The notes under the pieces: model-generated | What the model saw: the letters and a program-made list of their open reading frames with translations, nothing else | The model's database searches: none | Told to the model about the DNA's origin: nothing | Source of the DNA: an uncultured Acidobacteriota bacterium | GTDB lineage: Bacteria; Acidobacteriota; Vicinamibacteria; Vicinamibacterales; 2-12-FULL-66-21 | NCBI GenBank assembly: GCA_963776315.1 | Contig: CAVZMJ010000015.1 | Location: forward strand, 54,426 to 118,425 | Reading direction: 5' to 3' | DNA length: 64,000 bases | Shown: piece by piece, positions 20,053 through 30,338 of the stretch | Numbering within the stretch: the stretch's first letter is position 1 | How the letters are laid out: every line of letters begins with the position of its first letter | Position numbers and translations under genes: made by a program

Positions 20053-21258
20053 CTACTTGACGGTCGCGTACTCAGTTCGCTGCGACGCATGGCTGCGCCA
20101 CTCCGCCGGGTAGGTCACGTAGGACTCGTCGAGCTCTCCGACTGACGGGCAGCCGAGCAGCTTGAGCGCCCGAACCAGGTCCGCGCGCAGAATCTGGATG
20201 GCGCGCGACACTCCCGCGCGGCCCCCGGCGCCAAGCCCGTAGGCATATGCGCGGCCGATGAGCACCGCGCGCGCGCCCATGCACAACGCCTTCGCGACAT
20301 CGGTGCCGCGGCGGATGCCGCCGTCGAGCAGGACTTCACACTGGCCGTTCACCGCTGCGACGACCTCGGGCAGCGCGCGCAGCGTCGGGTAAACGCAGTC
20401 GAGCTGGCGTCCGCCGTGATTGGACACGACGACGCCCTGTGCGCCTTCGTCCACGGCGCGGCGGGCGTCGTCGCCGATCATCAGTCCCTTGATGACAATC
20501 GGTCCTTTCCAGACCTCGCGAATCCAGCGGAGATCGGCCCAGCAGACCGTCGACTGCTCGAGTGCCGCGCCGACGTCGGCGTACGACATCGGCCCATCCT
20601 TCAGTACGACATTGGGGAAGTTCATCAGTCCGCCGTCGCCCATGAAGCCGGCGAGCCACCGCGGGCGAAGGAGAAACTGATGCACGAAAGGAAGCATCGT
20701 CCACGGGTTGCGGGTGAGCAGTTCCTTGGTGCCGTTCCTGAAGTCCCGCTCGCGCAGTCCGGCGACGGCCGTGTCGATCGTGACGAAGAGCGCGGAGGCG
20801 CCCGCCTTCATGGCGCGCTCGAGGCCGGCCGTTGCCACGTCGCGTCCGCCGACGAGATAGAGCTGATACCAGAGCGGCCCCTTCGTTCCGGCGCCGACTT
20901 CGTCGACGCGGCATCCCGAGAGCGTCGACAGCGTGTAAGCGGTTCCGGCTTCGCCTGCGGCGCCCGCGGCGACGACTTCGCCGCGCGGATAGAACATCCG
21001 GCTGCTGCCGACCGGCGCGAGCGCGAAGGGGAGCGCAAGGTCGTGGCCGAGCACTTTTGTCCGCAGGTCCGCCGGCGCCGATACGGCACATCGCGGTCTG
21101 AACAGCACGTCGTCGAAGATCCGGCAGTTCTCGCGCAGCGTGACCTCGCCGTCCGCGCCGCCGTCGATGTAATCAAACGCCACCCGCGGCAGGCGGCGCT
21201 TGGCCAGCAGCCGCAGATCGGCGATGTTGAGGACGCGTGGGGAGTCGACTCGGGCCAT
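20053..21258 (-). CDS. FMN-dependent alpha-hydroxy acid dehydrogenase (LldD/MdlB family)
   Basis: FDYIDGGA, WYQLY, IVIKG, VSNHGGRQLD, DGGIRRGTD. Confidence 0.93.
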   Translation of the reverse strand: MARVDSPRVLNIADLRLLAKRRLPRVAFDYIDGGADGEVTLRENCRIFDDVLFRPRCAVSAPADLRTKVLGHDLALPFALAPVGSSRMFYPRGEVVAAGAAGEAGTAYTLSTLSGCRVDEVGAGTKGPLWYQLYLVGGRDVATAGLERAMKAGASALFVTIDTAVAGLRERDFRNGTKELLTRNPWTMLPFVHQFLLRPRWLAGFMGDGGLMNFPNVVLKDGPMSYADVGAALEQSTVCWADLRWIREVWKGPIVIKGLMIGDDARRAVDEGAQGVVVSNHGGRQLDCVYPTLRALPEVVAAVNGQCEVLLDGGIRRGTDVAKALCMGARAVLIGRAYAYGLGAGGRAGVSRAIQILRADLVRALKLLGCPSVGELDESYVTYPAEWRSHASQRTEYATVK

Positions 21259-21300
21259 GGGTCAAGCGCTAGGACGGCAGATTGTACTGACTATCTCGTC

Positions 21301-21729
21301 ATGATTCTGGTGGCCGGGGGCACTGGTGTCCTGGGGAGCGCCATCGCCCGACGCCTGCTCGCGCGCGGCGAGCGGGTTCGCGTGCTGACGCGCCGCCGCG
21401 AGCGGGCGCAGTCTTCGAGGAGGGCGGTGCCGAGGTCGTCACGGGTGACCTCCGTGACCGGCGGTCGCTGCATGGTCTGGCCGGTGGCGGGGCCACGCAC
21501 GTCATCAGTCACGGCGAACGCGTTGTCGGGACCGGCGATGACTCGGTTGCGGTGGTCGAGAGGTCCGGCAACTGGCATCTATCGATGCAGCCCGCCGCGC
21601 CTTGCCAGTTGTGTTCACCTCGGCGTGCTGCCCGATACATGTCGCGCCTCGACTACTTCGCCGCGAGTTTGCGACCAGGGTACCTGCGCACGACGGTCCC
21701 GTCGACCACAGGCGACGCATTCGCGCCGC
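21301..21729 (+). pseudogene. NmrA/atypical SDR NAD(P)-binding protein, heavily disrupted and truncated
   Basis: MILVAGGTGVLGSAIARRLLARGERVRVLTR, then frame lost repeatedly. Confidence 0.7.
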
Positions 21730-22535
21730 GTGAGTCCGCTCACCGTGATGTCCTTCAACATCCGATATGGCACCGGCCAAGGATGGCGAGAATCACTGGA
21801 CGGCGCGGCGCGAGATGCTGTTCGACGTCGTCCGCGAGCAGGATGCGGATCTCGTCGGCCTGCAGGAGGCGCTCGCTTCTCAGATCGACGAGATCGTCGC
21901 GGCCGTGCCGATCTACGCCGTGGTGGGTGTCGGCGCGGGACGACGCGGCGCGGGCCGGGGAGTACTCGGCGATCCTCTTCCGGAAGGATCGGCTGCGCGT
22001 CGCAGAGGCGGGAACCTTCTGGTTCTCCGACACGCCGTCGGTACCCGGGTCGAAGTCCTGGGGCAACAACATCACGCGGATCTCGACGTGGGCCCGTTTC
22101 GTCGATCGCGACGGCCGCGGTTTCTATCACTTCAACTTGCATCTCGACCACGAATCGCAGCCGTCGCGCGAGCGCAGCACGGCGCTGCTGAAGCAGCGCA
22201 TCGAGGCGCGGGCGTTCGGAAAAGAGCCGGTGGTCGTCACCGGGGACTTCAACGTCGGCGAGCGCAACCCGGCGCTGCCGGTGCTGGTCGGGCGGGGCCC
22301 CGGCGATCCCTCGGCCGCCTTCATCGACACCTTCCGGGTTCGGCATCCCGACGACACCACGGTCGGCACGTTTACGGCGTTCAAGTTCGGTGCGACCGGC
22401 GGCGACAAGATCGACTACGTGCTCATCCAGCCCGGAACGGAGGTGTTTGCCGCCGACATCGTGCGGACGAGCCGGAACGATCGGTATCCTTCGGACCACT
22501 TCCCCGTCGTCGCGAGAGTTCGATTGGCGCAGTGA
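21730..22535 (+). CDS. Endonuclease/exonuclease/phosphatase (EEP) family protein, N-terminus apparently missing, 2 frameshifts
   Basis: LTVMSFNIRY, DLVGLQEA, NLHLDH, TGDFN, IDYVL, SDHFPV over three frames. Confidence 0.85.
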
Positions 22536-22627
22536 CCCGGTTACAAAACGGTCGCGACGCCCGACCAAACCGTTACGGCGCAGGTGAGCCGATTCTCAGA
22601 AAAGCCCACTTTTTCGCGAGTCTGGCC

Positions 22628-22643
22628 CGGTCCCGCGGTTGCA
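22628..22643 (+). promoter_or_regulatory. Candidate sigma54 promoter CGGTCCCGCGGTTGCA
   Basis: GG-N10-GC with TTGCA, about 35 nt upstream of ATG 22678. Confidence 0.4.
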
Positions 22644-22677
22644 AGGCCTGCAGGTCCACTCCAATCAACCGTACCCG

Positions 22678-25035
22678 ATGGAATTCCGCGACTACGCCGC
22701 AAAGGAAACGGCCGCCCTGTTCAGCCGGCTGCTGGCCAGCCAGGCAGAGGCATCCGTCCAGCATCTCCGCAGTCTTCGTGACGCCCTCGACGCCGCCACT
22801 CGAGGGATAGAAGACGGCGGCTCCGCCACGCCTGAGGCCAACGAGGACGTGCAGGAGCTGATTCGCCGTCTGAACACCGCCTCCGGCACGGCCGCGAAGG
22901 TCGCGGCCCAGAAAGTCCAGAAGGAAGCGCAGGCGGTCCTCGAAGGGGTGCAGGACGAGCTCGGCCGTCAGCGCGCCGACAACGAGCGCCTGTCGGGGGC
23001 GCTCAGCGAGCTGCAGGCACACGCCGAGACACTCCGGGAACAGCTCCTGAAAGAAACCGAACGAGCCGAGGCTGTCGACCGCGATCTCGATGCGGCTATC
23101 GAGGCCCACGCGCACGTCGATGCCGCTCGCATCGAAGCAGAGGCCGAAGTCCGGAAGCAGACGGCGGCCCGCGCGGCCGCGGAAAAGGACCTCGGCGAGA
23201 GCCGCGGGCTGCTCGATGCCACGGTTGCCGACGCAGCACGGCTGTCGGGCGAGCTGGACGCCTCTCGCGGTGAGGCCACGGATCTCAACGAGCGCCTGAA
23301 CGCGGCTCACACCGCCGCCGAACAGATGCGCGCCGACTCGCAGTCCGCGCTCGAGGCCGCGCACGAAGAGCTGCGCGGCGAGCGCGAGCGTGGCGAACGC
23401 CTGTCGGCCTCACTGGTGGAAGTCCAGGCACAGGCCGACGTCCTGCTTGCGGACCTCGCCGAAGCCGAGACACAAGCCGAAGCGCACCGCGCGTCCCTCG
23501 CGGAGGCCCACGCGCAGACCGAGGCCGTCCGCGGTGAACTGGCCGGCGCTCATGGCCAGATCGATGTCCTTCGTGGCGACCTGGCCGACGCGCGCACGCA
23601 GGGCGATGCGATCCGTGGCGAGCTCACCGACGCGCACGGACAGATCGAAGGCCTTCGGACCGAGCTCACCGACGCCAGGGCTCAGGCCGAAGGGCTGCGC
23701 GCCGATCTCCGCCGGGAGACCGAGCGGGCTGACGCCGTCGACCGCGATCTCGATGCCGCCATCGAGGCGCACGCCAACGTCGACGCGGCCCGCATGGAGG
23801 CCGAAGCCGAGTGCCGCCGGCAGTCGACGGCTGTTGCGGCGGCCGAGAAGGATTTGGCCGACGTCCGCGCGCTCCTCGACGCGTCGGTCGCCCAGGCTGC
23901 GCGTCTCGGCATGCAGCTCGACGCCAACGCGGCCGAGAACGGGACACTCGCGGCGGACCTGAGCGCGGCGCATGCCGAGCTGGACGCCGCGCGCACGCAG
24001 CGCGAGGCGATCACCGCGCAGCTCGACGCCAGCCGCGCGCGGATCCAGACGCTCGAGCGCAATCAGGCCGCGAAGGAAGAGCAGGTCCGGCAGCTCGAAC
24101 GTTCGCTCGGCGAAGCCAACGATGCGGCACAGGCCCTGCGCGCGGAGTCGGGTTCGCGGCCGTCGGGCCAGGATTCTGGCGACGCGTTCGCCGATGCCAG
24201 CGCGCTGCGCGACGACGTGGCGCGGATGGGATCGCTGCTCGACACCTCCGCCCAGGCGGTCGACGAACTCGCCGACAAGACGACGGTCACCGATCTCTTT
24301 GCGGCGCTCGTGCGCCATCTGGCGGGCGAGTTCTCACGCGTCGCGCTCTTCCGGGTGAAGGCCAATCGGCTCGAGGGCGAAGATCAGATCGGCTTCGACG
24401 AGACGACGGACGTCACCAAGCTCGTGCTGCCTCTGAACGTGGATTCGCTCATCACGCGCGCGGCCAGCTCCGGCAGCTTCGAGCAGTTGATGGGAGGCGA
24501 GCTCGCCGACAGCAGCCGCGCGCCGTTCGGAGGCACTCCGACCGTCGCCCTGGCGATGCCCATTGCCTTCCAGGGCGAGACGCTGGCGGTCGTCTACGCC
24601 GACTCCGATCAGCCCGTCTCGGACCGCGGGCCCGCCGGCCACGACGCGAGCATCGGGTTCGCGAAGCTGATGGTGCGCACCGCCGGTGTGCTCCTGATGC
24701 GGCTGTCGCAGGAGCTCAAGATGCTCAACGAGCTGCGCGACTACGCGGCCATGCTTCTGCAGGAAGCGCAGGAGATGTACAGCGCCGACATCCAGGCGGA
24801 AAAGAGCGACGAAGAGCGGCGGTCGAGGCTGAAGGACACGATCGAGTGCGCGCGCCAGCTCTACGCCCAGCGCGCGGCGCTCGAGGGCTCGGCGGCGGCG
24901 ACGCTGTTCGACGATCGTATCGCGGCCGTTCTCGAGACCGACGGCGACACCACGTTCGCACGCGACCTGGCGGCCATCGCTGGGACCTCGGAGCGGCACG
25001 CAGAGCCGCGCCGCCGCAAGGCCGAAGCGTCCTAA
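22678..25035 (+). CDS. Long coiled-coil protein with internal duplication and C-terminal GAF-like plus helical domain
   Basis: Heptad A/E/L/R-rich body; FSRVALFRVK...ALAMPIAFQGETLAVVYAD GAF-like segment. Confidence 0.75.
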   Translation: MEFRDYAAKETAALFSRLLASQAEASVQHLRSLRDALDAATRGIEDGGSATPEANEDVQELIRRLNTASGTAAKVAAQKVQKEAQAVLEGVQDELGRQRADNERLSGALSELQAHAETLREQLLKETERAEAVDRDLDAAIEAHAHVDAARIEAEAEVRKQTAARAAAEKDLGESRGLLDATVADAARLSGELDASRGEATDLNERLNAAHTAAEQMRADSQSALEAAHEELRGERERGERLSASLVEVQAQADVLLADLAEAETQAEAHRASLAEAHAQTEAVRGELAGAHGQIDVLRGDLADARTQGDAIRGELTDAHGQIEGLRTELTDARAQAEGLRADLRRETERADAVDRDLDAAIEAHANVDAARMEAEAECRRQSTAVAAAEKDLADVRALLDASVAQAARLGMQLDANAAENGTLAADLSAAHAELDAARTQREAITAQLDASRARIQTLERNQAAKEEQVRQLERSLGEANDAAQALRAESGSRPSGQDSGDAFADASALRDDVARMGSLLDTSAQAVDELADKTTVTDLFAALVRHLAGEFSRVALFRVKANRLEGEDQIGFDETTDVTKLVLPLNVDSLITRAASSGSFEQLMGGELADSSRAPFGGTPTVALAMPIAFQGETLAVVYADSDQPVSDRGPAGHDASIGFAKLMVRTAGVLLMRLSQELKMLNELRDYAAMLLQEAQEMYSADIQAEKSDEERRSRLKDTIECARQLYAQRAALEGSAAATLFDDRIAAVLETDGDTTFARDLAAIAGTSERHAEPRRRKAEAS

Positions 25036-26375
25036 AGTCGTCCGATCGCAAACACGTGCTTGTCGGTGCGGATGAAGATCTGACCGTTCGAGATTGCCGG
25101 CGACGCCACGGCGCGCTCGCCGAGCGCGTTTCGGGCCACGACTTGCGGCGCGCTGCCGACCTTCAGCACCACCGTCTCGCCGTTCTCGCTCACGAAATAC
25201 ACGTGGCCGCCGCCGCCGACCGGCGAGGCCGAGAAGACGCCATCCACACGCTCCTGCCAGACGCGTTCGCCCGTGGCCGCATCGACGGCCGTCAGCACGC
25301 CGACGTCGTTCGCCATGTAGACGACGCGGTCGTAGTACAGCAGCGACGAGCAATACGGCGCGCCCGTGGCGATCCGCCAGACCGTCTGCGTCGAGGTGAC
25401 GTCGCCGCGCCCGCCGGGCTTGATCGCCATGTAGGGCCCGCTGCGATAGCCGCGGCTGGCGTAGATCACGCCCTCGTGAAAGACCGGGGACGGCACCGCA
25501 AAGCGGCTGGTTTCGCCTGTGTGCCAGAGGAACGCTCCCGTCTTCCCGTCGTACGCGTCGATGCGCTCGGTGGAGTTGACGATGACCTCGGCGCCGAACG
25601 CGCCTTCGACGACGAGCGGTGTGCTGTAGGACGATCGTCCCTGGCCGCGGTCGGCCTTCCACCGATCCTTGCCCGTCGTCTTGTCGAGGGCGAGGAGGTA
25701 CGAACGGGCCGGCTGGTCGCACAGCAGGATCAGTAGATCGCCGTAGAGCACGGGCGAGCTGCCGTGCCCCCATTGGATGTCGAAGGCGCCGTTCTCTTTG
25801 GCCAGGTGCCGCTGCCATGCCACCGCGCCGGTGCGATCGAGCGCGACGACCTGTCCGGTCCCAAACCAGGCGAACACCAGCGTGCCGTCGGTGACCGGGC
25901 TGGGCGTCGCGAGGTTGTGCTTGTCGTGCACCGGCGTCAGATCGCCTGTCGCCTCGATTCGCCGTTCCCACACGCGCTTACCGTCGGCGCGGCCGAACGC
26001 CTCGACGACGAAGTAGGTTTTCGAGGGATCGACGCCTGCGGCCGCGACGCCGAGCGCCGTCTCGCCCTGGGCCGCGGCGTCGGCGCCCTGCACGAGGCGA
26101 GGGTGGTTGCCCTCGCGCCTCACGCCGGCGCCGATCTGCGACGTGACATAGACGCGATCGCCGCTCACGATGGGCGTCGAGACGCCGGCGCCGGCAATCG
26201 GTGCCTTCCACGCGACGTTCTCGGTTGCGCTCCACTTGATCGGCAGTGTCCGGTCGGGCGCGACGCCGCTGGCGTTCGGTCCCCGCCAGTTCGGCCAATC
26301 CGCCGCAAGCGAAGCCACGCCAACCAGACAGACTCCGACGGCCGTTCCAAGCGCGAGATGTGACAGACGTTTCAT
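25032..26375 (-). CDS. Secreted PQQ-like (BamB-type) beta-propeller protein
   Basis: ADWPNWRGP, STPIV, ATPSPVTDG, ALDKTTGK.W repeats. Confidence 0.9.
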   Translation of the reverse strand: MKRLSHLALGTAVGVCLVGVASLAADWPNWRGPNASGVAPDRTLPIKWSATENVAWKAPIAGAGVSTPIVSGDRVYVTSQIGAGVRREGNHPRLVQGADAAAQGETALGVAAAGVDPSKTYFVVEAFGRADGKRVWERRIEATGDLTPVHDKHNLATPSPVTDGTLVFAWFGTGQVVALDRTGAVAWQRHLAKENGAFDIQWGHGSSPVLYGDLLILLCDQPARSYLLALDKTTGKDRWKADRGQGRSSYSTPLVVEGAFGAEVIVNSTERIDAYDGKTGAFLWHTGETSRFAVPSPVFHEGVIYASRGYRSGPYMAIKPGGRGDVTSTQTVWRIATGAPYCSSLLYYDRVVYMANDVGVLTAVDAATGERVWQERVDGVFSASPVGGGGHVYFVSENGETVVLKVGSAPQVVARNALGERAVASPAISNGQIFIRTDKHVFAIGRL

Positions 26376-26439
26376 GGACGGTATTTTACCCAACAGCCTC
26401 ACATCTGTCCCGCCGTTCGGAACTAGCGGCCGGCCCACG

Positions 26440-26523
26440 CACGATGACTCTGGCAGGATGCTCACGATGAATGCTGACGGTTCCAGTGCCTTCGTGACCA
26501 TCGTTTCATCGGGTTCATCGTGA
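26440..26523. repeat. Inverted 9-mer array hairpin (CACGATGAA / TTCATCGTG), degenerate
   Basis: 2 left units, about 4 mirrored right units; between divergent genes. Confidence 0.6.
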
Positions 26524-26594
26524 AGGGGTCGTGGCCCTGGTGACGAATCGCCAATTGAACACGGCTCGACCAACACGTGTATGATTCCCACCCG

Positions 26595-27362
26595 ATGCGC
26601 GTCAACACAGTGAAGCAGGCCCTCAAGGAGGGCCGGGTGCAGCTCGGCTGCAGTTGTTTTCAGCTCCGATCGCCGGATGCCGTCCGGGCGCTCGCGGCCG
26701 CCGGGCTCGACTGGGTCTTCTTCGACGCCGAACACGGGGCCTTCGGCTTCGAGACGCTGCAGGATCTGATGCGCGTGGCGACCGGCGTCGGACTCTGTCC
26801 GATCGTGCGCGTGGCCGACCTGGAGTACGCGCTGATCGCCAGGGCGCTCGATTGCGGCGCCGAGGGCGTGCTGCTCCCTCGCGTCGAGTCGCCCGAGCTT
26901 CTGGCGAAGGCCGTCAGCTGGACGCGGTTTCCGCCCATGGGCACGCGCGGCTTCGGCCTCGCCGCGCCGCATCTCAACTACGAGCCGGTGTCCATTCCCG
27001 ATGCCATCGCGCACGTGAACGCGAACGTGCTCGTGGTGCTGCAGATCGAAACGCGCACGGCGCTCGAGCGGATCGACGATCTCCTCGCGGTGCCGAACAT
27101 CGACGCGGTGCTTATCGGTCCCGGCGATCTGTCCATCTCGCTCGGGGTACCCGGACAGTTCGATCACCCGCAGTTTGTCGCCGCCGTCGAAACGGTTCGC
27201 GACCGCTGCGATCGCGCCGGCATCGCGCCCGGCATCCACATGCGATCGCTCGAGCTCGCGAAGCCATGGACCGGCCGCGGTCTGCGGCTCTTCAGCTGCA
27301 ACAGCGATCTCGGATTCCTGTTGGACAAGGCGACCGAGACCGTGGCGGCCCTCAAGCGCTGA
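26595..27362 (+). CDS. HpcH/HpaI class II pyruvate aldolase family
   Basis: DWVFFDAEHG, RALDCGAEG, RFPPMGTRG, QIET, IGPGDLS. Confidence 0.92.
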   Translation: MRVNTVKQALKEGRVQLGCSCFQLRSPDAVRALAAAGLDWVFFDAEHGAFGFETLQDLMRVATGVGLCPIVRVADLEYALIARALDCGAEGVLLPRVESPELLAKAVSWTRFPPMGTRGFGLAAPHLNYEPVSIPDAIAHVNANVLVVLQIETRTALERIDDLLAVPNIDAVLIGPGDLSISLGVPGQFDHPQFVAAVETVRDRCDRAGIAPGIHMRSLELAKPWTGRGLRLFSCNSDLGFLLDKATETVAALKR

Positions 27363-27378
27363 TCGCTGCTGCCCCGGG

Positions 27379-27812
27379 CGCGGATTCACGGGTCTCACGG
27401 GGACGCGGATTACGCAGATCACGGGTTCTCACGGGACGCGGATTTCGCGGATTCTGGGTTTCACGGGACGCGGATTGCGCGGATCACGGGTTTCACGGGA
27501 CGTCGGATTACGCGGATCACGGGTTTCACGGAGACGCGGATTACGCGGATCGACGGGTCTCACGGGACGCGGATTACGCGGATCACGGGTCTCACGGGAC
27601 GCGGATCACGCGGATCAGCGTTCTACCAGACGCGAATCACACGGCACTCGCATTTCTCAGAGTGAGCGCCGAGCTCTGCGCAAGTCCGCGTGATCCGCGT
27701 CCCGTAAAGTTTTCGTGATCCGCGATAATCCGCGTCCCGTGAAACCGTGAAAACGTGATCCGCGATCCGCGGCCCGTCCATTCCCGAACGAGCCAGACGA
27801 TCCGCGATCCGG
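27379..27812. repeat. Higher-order ~32-bp tandem array (9+7+9+7) x7 with an inverted partial array
   Basis: CACGGGTYT-CACGGGA-CGCGGATTA-CGCGGAT x7 at 27387-27615; mirrored at ~27684-27812. Confidence 0.9.
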
Positions 27813-27826
27813 GTATCCTCATACTC

Positions 27827-28474
27827 ATGACCACGCCTGTTGCCGACCCTCACGCCGGTCAACCTGTGCTTCGCCTCGGTCCCCGGCCGCAGGACGCGCG
27901 CCTGTCCGCGGTCCTGATTCATGGCCGCGGCGCGTCGGCGGAGGACATCCTCGGTCTCGCCCGCGAGTTTGCGACGGCCGATGTGGCCTATCTGGCGCCG
28001 CAGGCCGCCGGCAGCACGTGGTATCCGTACTCGTTTCTCTCGCCGATCCCGCAGAACGAGCCGTGGCTGACATCGGCGCTCCGCATCATTGGCGGGCTCG
28101 TCCAGTCGCTCGGCGACGAGGGGGTGGCCTCCGAGCGCGTGGCGATTCTGGGCTTCTCGCAGGGCGCGTGCCTCACGCTCGAGTTCGCGGCGCGCAACCC
28201 CCGGCGATATGCCGCGGTGATCGGCCTGAGCGGCGGGCTGATTGGTCCTCCAGGCACTCCGCGCGTCTATCCGGGCTCGCTCGACGCGACCCCGGTGTTC
28301 CTCGGATGCAGCGACGTCGACGCGCATATTCCCGTCGAGCGCGTGCGCGAGTCAGCCGCAGTGCTGCGGACGATGAAGGCGGAGGTGGATGAGCGGATCT
28401 ACCGGGGGATGGGCCACACGGTCAACGGCGACGAGATCGCTGCCGTCCGAGCGCTACTGCGCGCGCGAGCCTAG
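27827..28474 (+). CDS. Phospholipase/carboxylesterase (alpha/beta hydrolase, MhqD-like)
   Basis: IHGRGA, GFSQGA, D.HIP, MGH catalytic triad. Confidence 0.92.
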   Translation: MTTPVADPHAGQPVLRLGPRPQDARLSAVLIHGRGASAEDILGLAREFATADVAYLAPQAAGSTWYPYSFLSPIPQNEPWLTSALRIIGGLVQSLGDEGVASERVAILGFSQGACLTLEFAARNPRRYAAVIGLSGGLIGPPGTPRVYPGSLDATPVFLGCSDVDAHIPVERVRESAAVLRTMKAEVDERIYRGMGHTVNGDEIAAVRALLRARA

Positions 28475-28626
28475 ACCAGCAACAGCACGCCGAGTACGGC
28501 CACATACGCCGCGCCGGCGTAGGCCGCGACGACGAACGCACGCCCCGGGGTCGAGAGCACCCGCCACGCCGCCGTCGGATGAACGCAGAAGGCCAGGCCG
28601 CGACCGATCAGGAGATCGACTGACAT
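28471..28626 (-). CDS. Small (51 aa) membrane protein of unknown function
   Basis: MSVDLLIGRGLAFCVHPTAAWRVLS plus C-terminal TM helix; stop overlaps the esterase stop. Confidence 0.6.
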   Translation of the reverse strand: MSVDLLIGRGLAFCVHPTAAWRVLSTPGRAFVVAAYAGAAYVAVLGVLLLV

Positions 28627-28638
28627 GGTCGCACGTGA

Positions 28639-28654
28639 CGCAAGAACGTCGCCA
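28639..28654 (-). promoter_or_regulatory. Candidate sigma54 promoter TGGCGACGTTCTTGCG
   Basis: GG-N10-GC close to consensus; AT-rich tract upstream; predicted TSS near ATG 28626. Confidence 0.5.
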
Positions 28655-28751
28655 CGTAGTGGCCGCGAAATGTCTGTTTTATTGAGTGAATCTCGCATTT
28701 CTGTCGATAAGCTCGCCGTCTATTGTCTGCGCCAGGGCAGACTTCTGAAAT

Positions 28752-28825
28752 TGCTGAATGCTGAATGCTGAATTGAATGCTGAAGTTCGTAATTCCCTTC
28801 GGCATTCAGCACTCAGCATTCAGCA
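28752..28825. repeat. Inverted heptamer-array hairpin (GCTGAAT / ATTCAGC)
   Basis: Same unit and same 5-nt interruption as the 54049 element. Confidence 0.85.
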
Positions 28826-28831
28826 CTGCGT

Positions 28832-30231
28832 CTATCGCCTCGCCCCGCTGCCCGCGCGTCGCGCATCCGTCGACGAGGCGAGATCGATGAGCGGCCCGGT
28901 CATCGCTGTCGTGACGAGCGCCATCACGACCAGCATCGTGAACATGTGCGGCGAGAGGATGCCGAGGTCGTAGCCGACGTTGAGGGCGACGAGCTCCATC
29001 AGGCCGCGCGTGTTCATCAGCGCGCCGAGCACGAATGCGTCGTGCCAGCTCGATCCGGACCAGCGCGCGGCCAGCATGCTGCCGAGCAGCTTGCCTGCGA
29101 TGGCCGTCAGGATGATGCCCAGGCACACCGCCCAGCTCGCGGCGTCGTTCAGCAGGCCGATCTCGGTCCGCAGGCCGGTATAGGCGAAGAAGATCGGCAG
29201 CAGGAAAACCGAGCTGAGGCTCTCGAGCCGCTCGCGCAGCTGCTGTCGAAGCTCCTGGCCTGGCGGCATGATCGCGCCGGCGAGAAACGCCCCGAAGAGC
29301 GCGTGGATGCCGATGACTTCGGTCAGGAGCGCCGAGCCCAGCAGCACTACGAGCACGTGTGCCGTCAGTCCGCGCGACAGGGGTCCGCGCGATTCTTCGA
29401 ACCATCGCTCGAGCCATGGCCTCACCAGCCACACCATGACGGCCATGAAGATGCCGAGCGCGGACACCATGAAGGCGAGGGTTGCCCCGACGCCTCCTGC
29501 GGTCACGAGCGTCACGACCATCGGCCAGCAGCGACCACGCCGTCACATCGTCGACGGCCGCGCAGGCGAGCGCCGTCGTGCCGAGCGGCGTTTTCGAGTC
29601 AGGCCGCGCTCCTCGATGACGCGCGCCAGCACCGGAAATGCCGTGATGCTGAGCGCGATGCCCATGAAGAGCGCGAACGAGTGAAAGGGCACGTCCGGCC
29701 GGGGCATAGTGCTGAAAGAGCGCGAGCGCGACCGCGACGCCGAGCACGAACGGAACGACGATGCTGAAGTGGCTGACGGCGATGGCGATCGGCGCGCGCT
29801 GCCGGAGGTGGGTCACGTCGACATCCAGCCCGACGCTGAACATGAAGAGGATGACGCCGACCTGGCTCAGCAGCCGCAGGATGTCGAGCGATGACTCGGG
29901 AAAGAGAAACGCAAAGCCGGCCGGCCAGATCTGGCCGACGAGCGATGGGCCGAGCAGCAGACCGGCGGCAATCTCTCCGATGACCGCCGGTTGACCCAGC
30001 GAGGGCAGCGAGGCCGCCCACCGCCTGCGTCGCAAGGACGATGACCAGCAGCTGGATGATGAGCAGGGCGAGCGGGCGCCGAAGAGCGTCGAGCGGCGCC
30101 GCGACAGCCGTGCCGCCGACGTTCGTGACCTGCGAGGCCGGGAACCATGTCTCTCCGAGCTGCAGCAACCCGGCAATCGCGGCAACCGATGCCGCGATGA
30201 CGATCGCGTAGATGAGGACGCGCCTTTGCAT
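28832..30231 (-). CDS. CPA2 cation:proton antiporter (Kha1/CHX-like), multiple frameshifts
   Basis: QPAVIGEIAAGLLLGPS, ACAAVDDVTAW, FLLPIFFAYTGLRT, LMNTRGLMELV. Confidence 0.88.
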
Positions 30232-30338
30232 GGAATCTGAACCGTCGCCGGACGTTGTTACTTTACTCGATGGTCGGCCGTGGCTGAGCTGGTCGGACGG
30301 CACTCGACCTACACTTCTGAGGAAAGGGAGCTTCACAC

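Noticed and set aside
27379-27812. CRISPR array
   Set aside because: Units are contiguous with no unique spacers, the array is mirrored, and no cas genes are present
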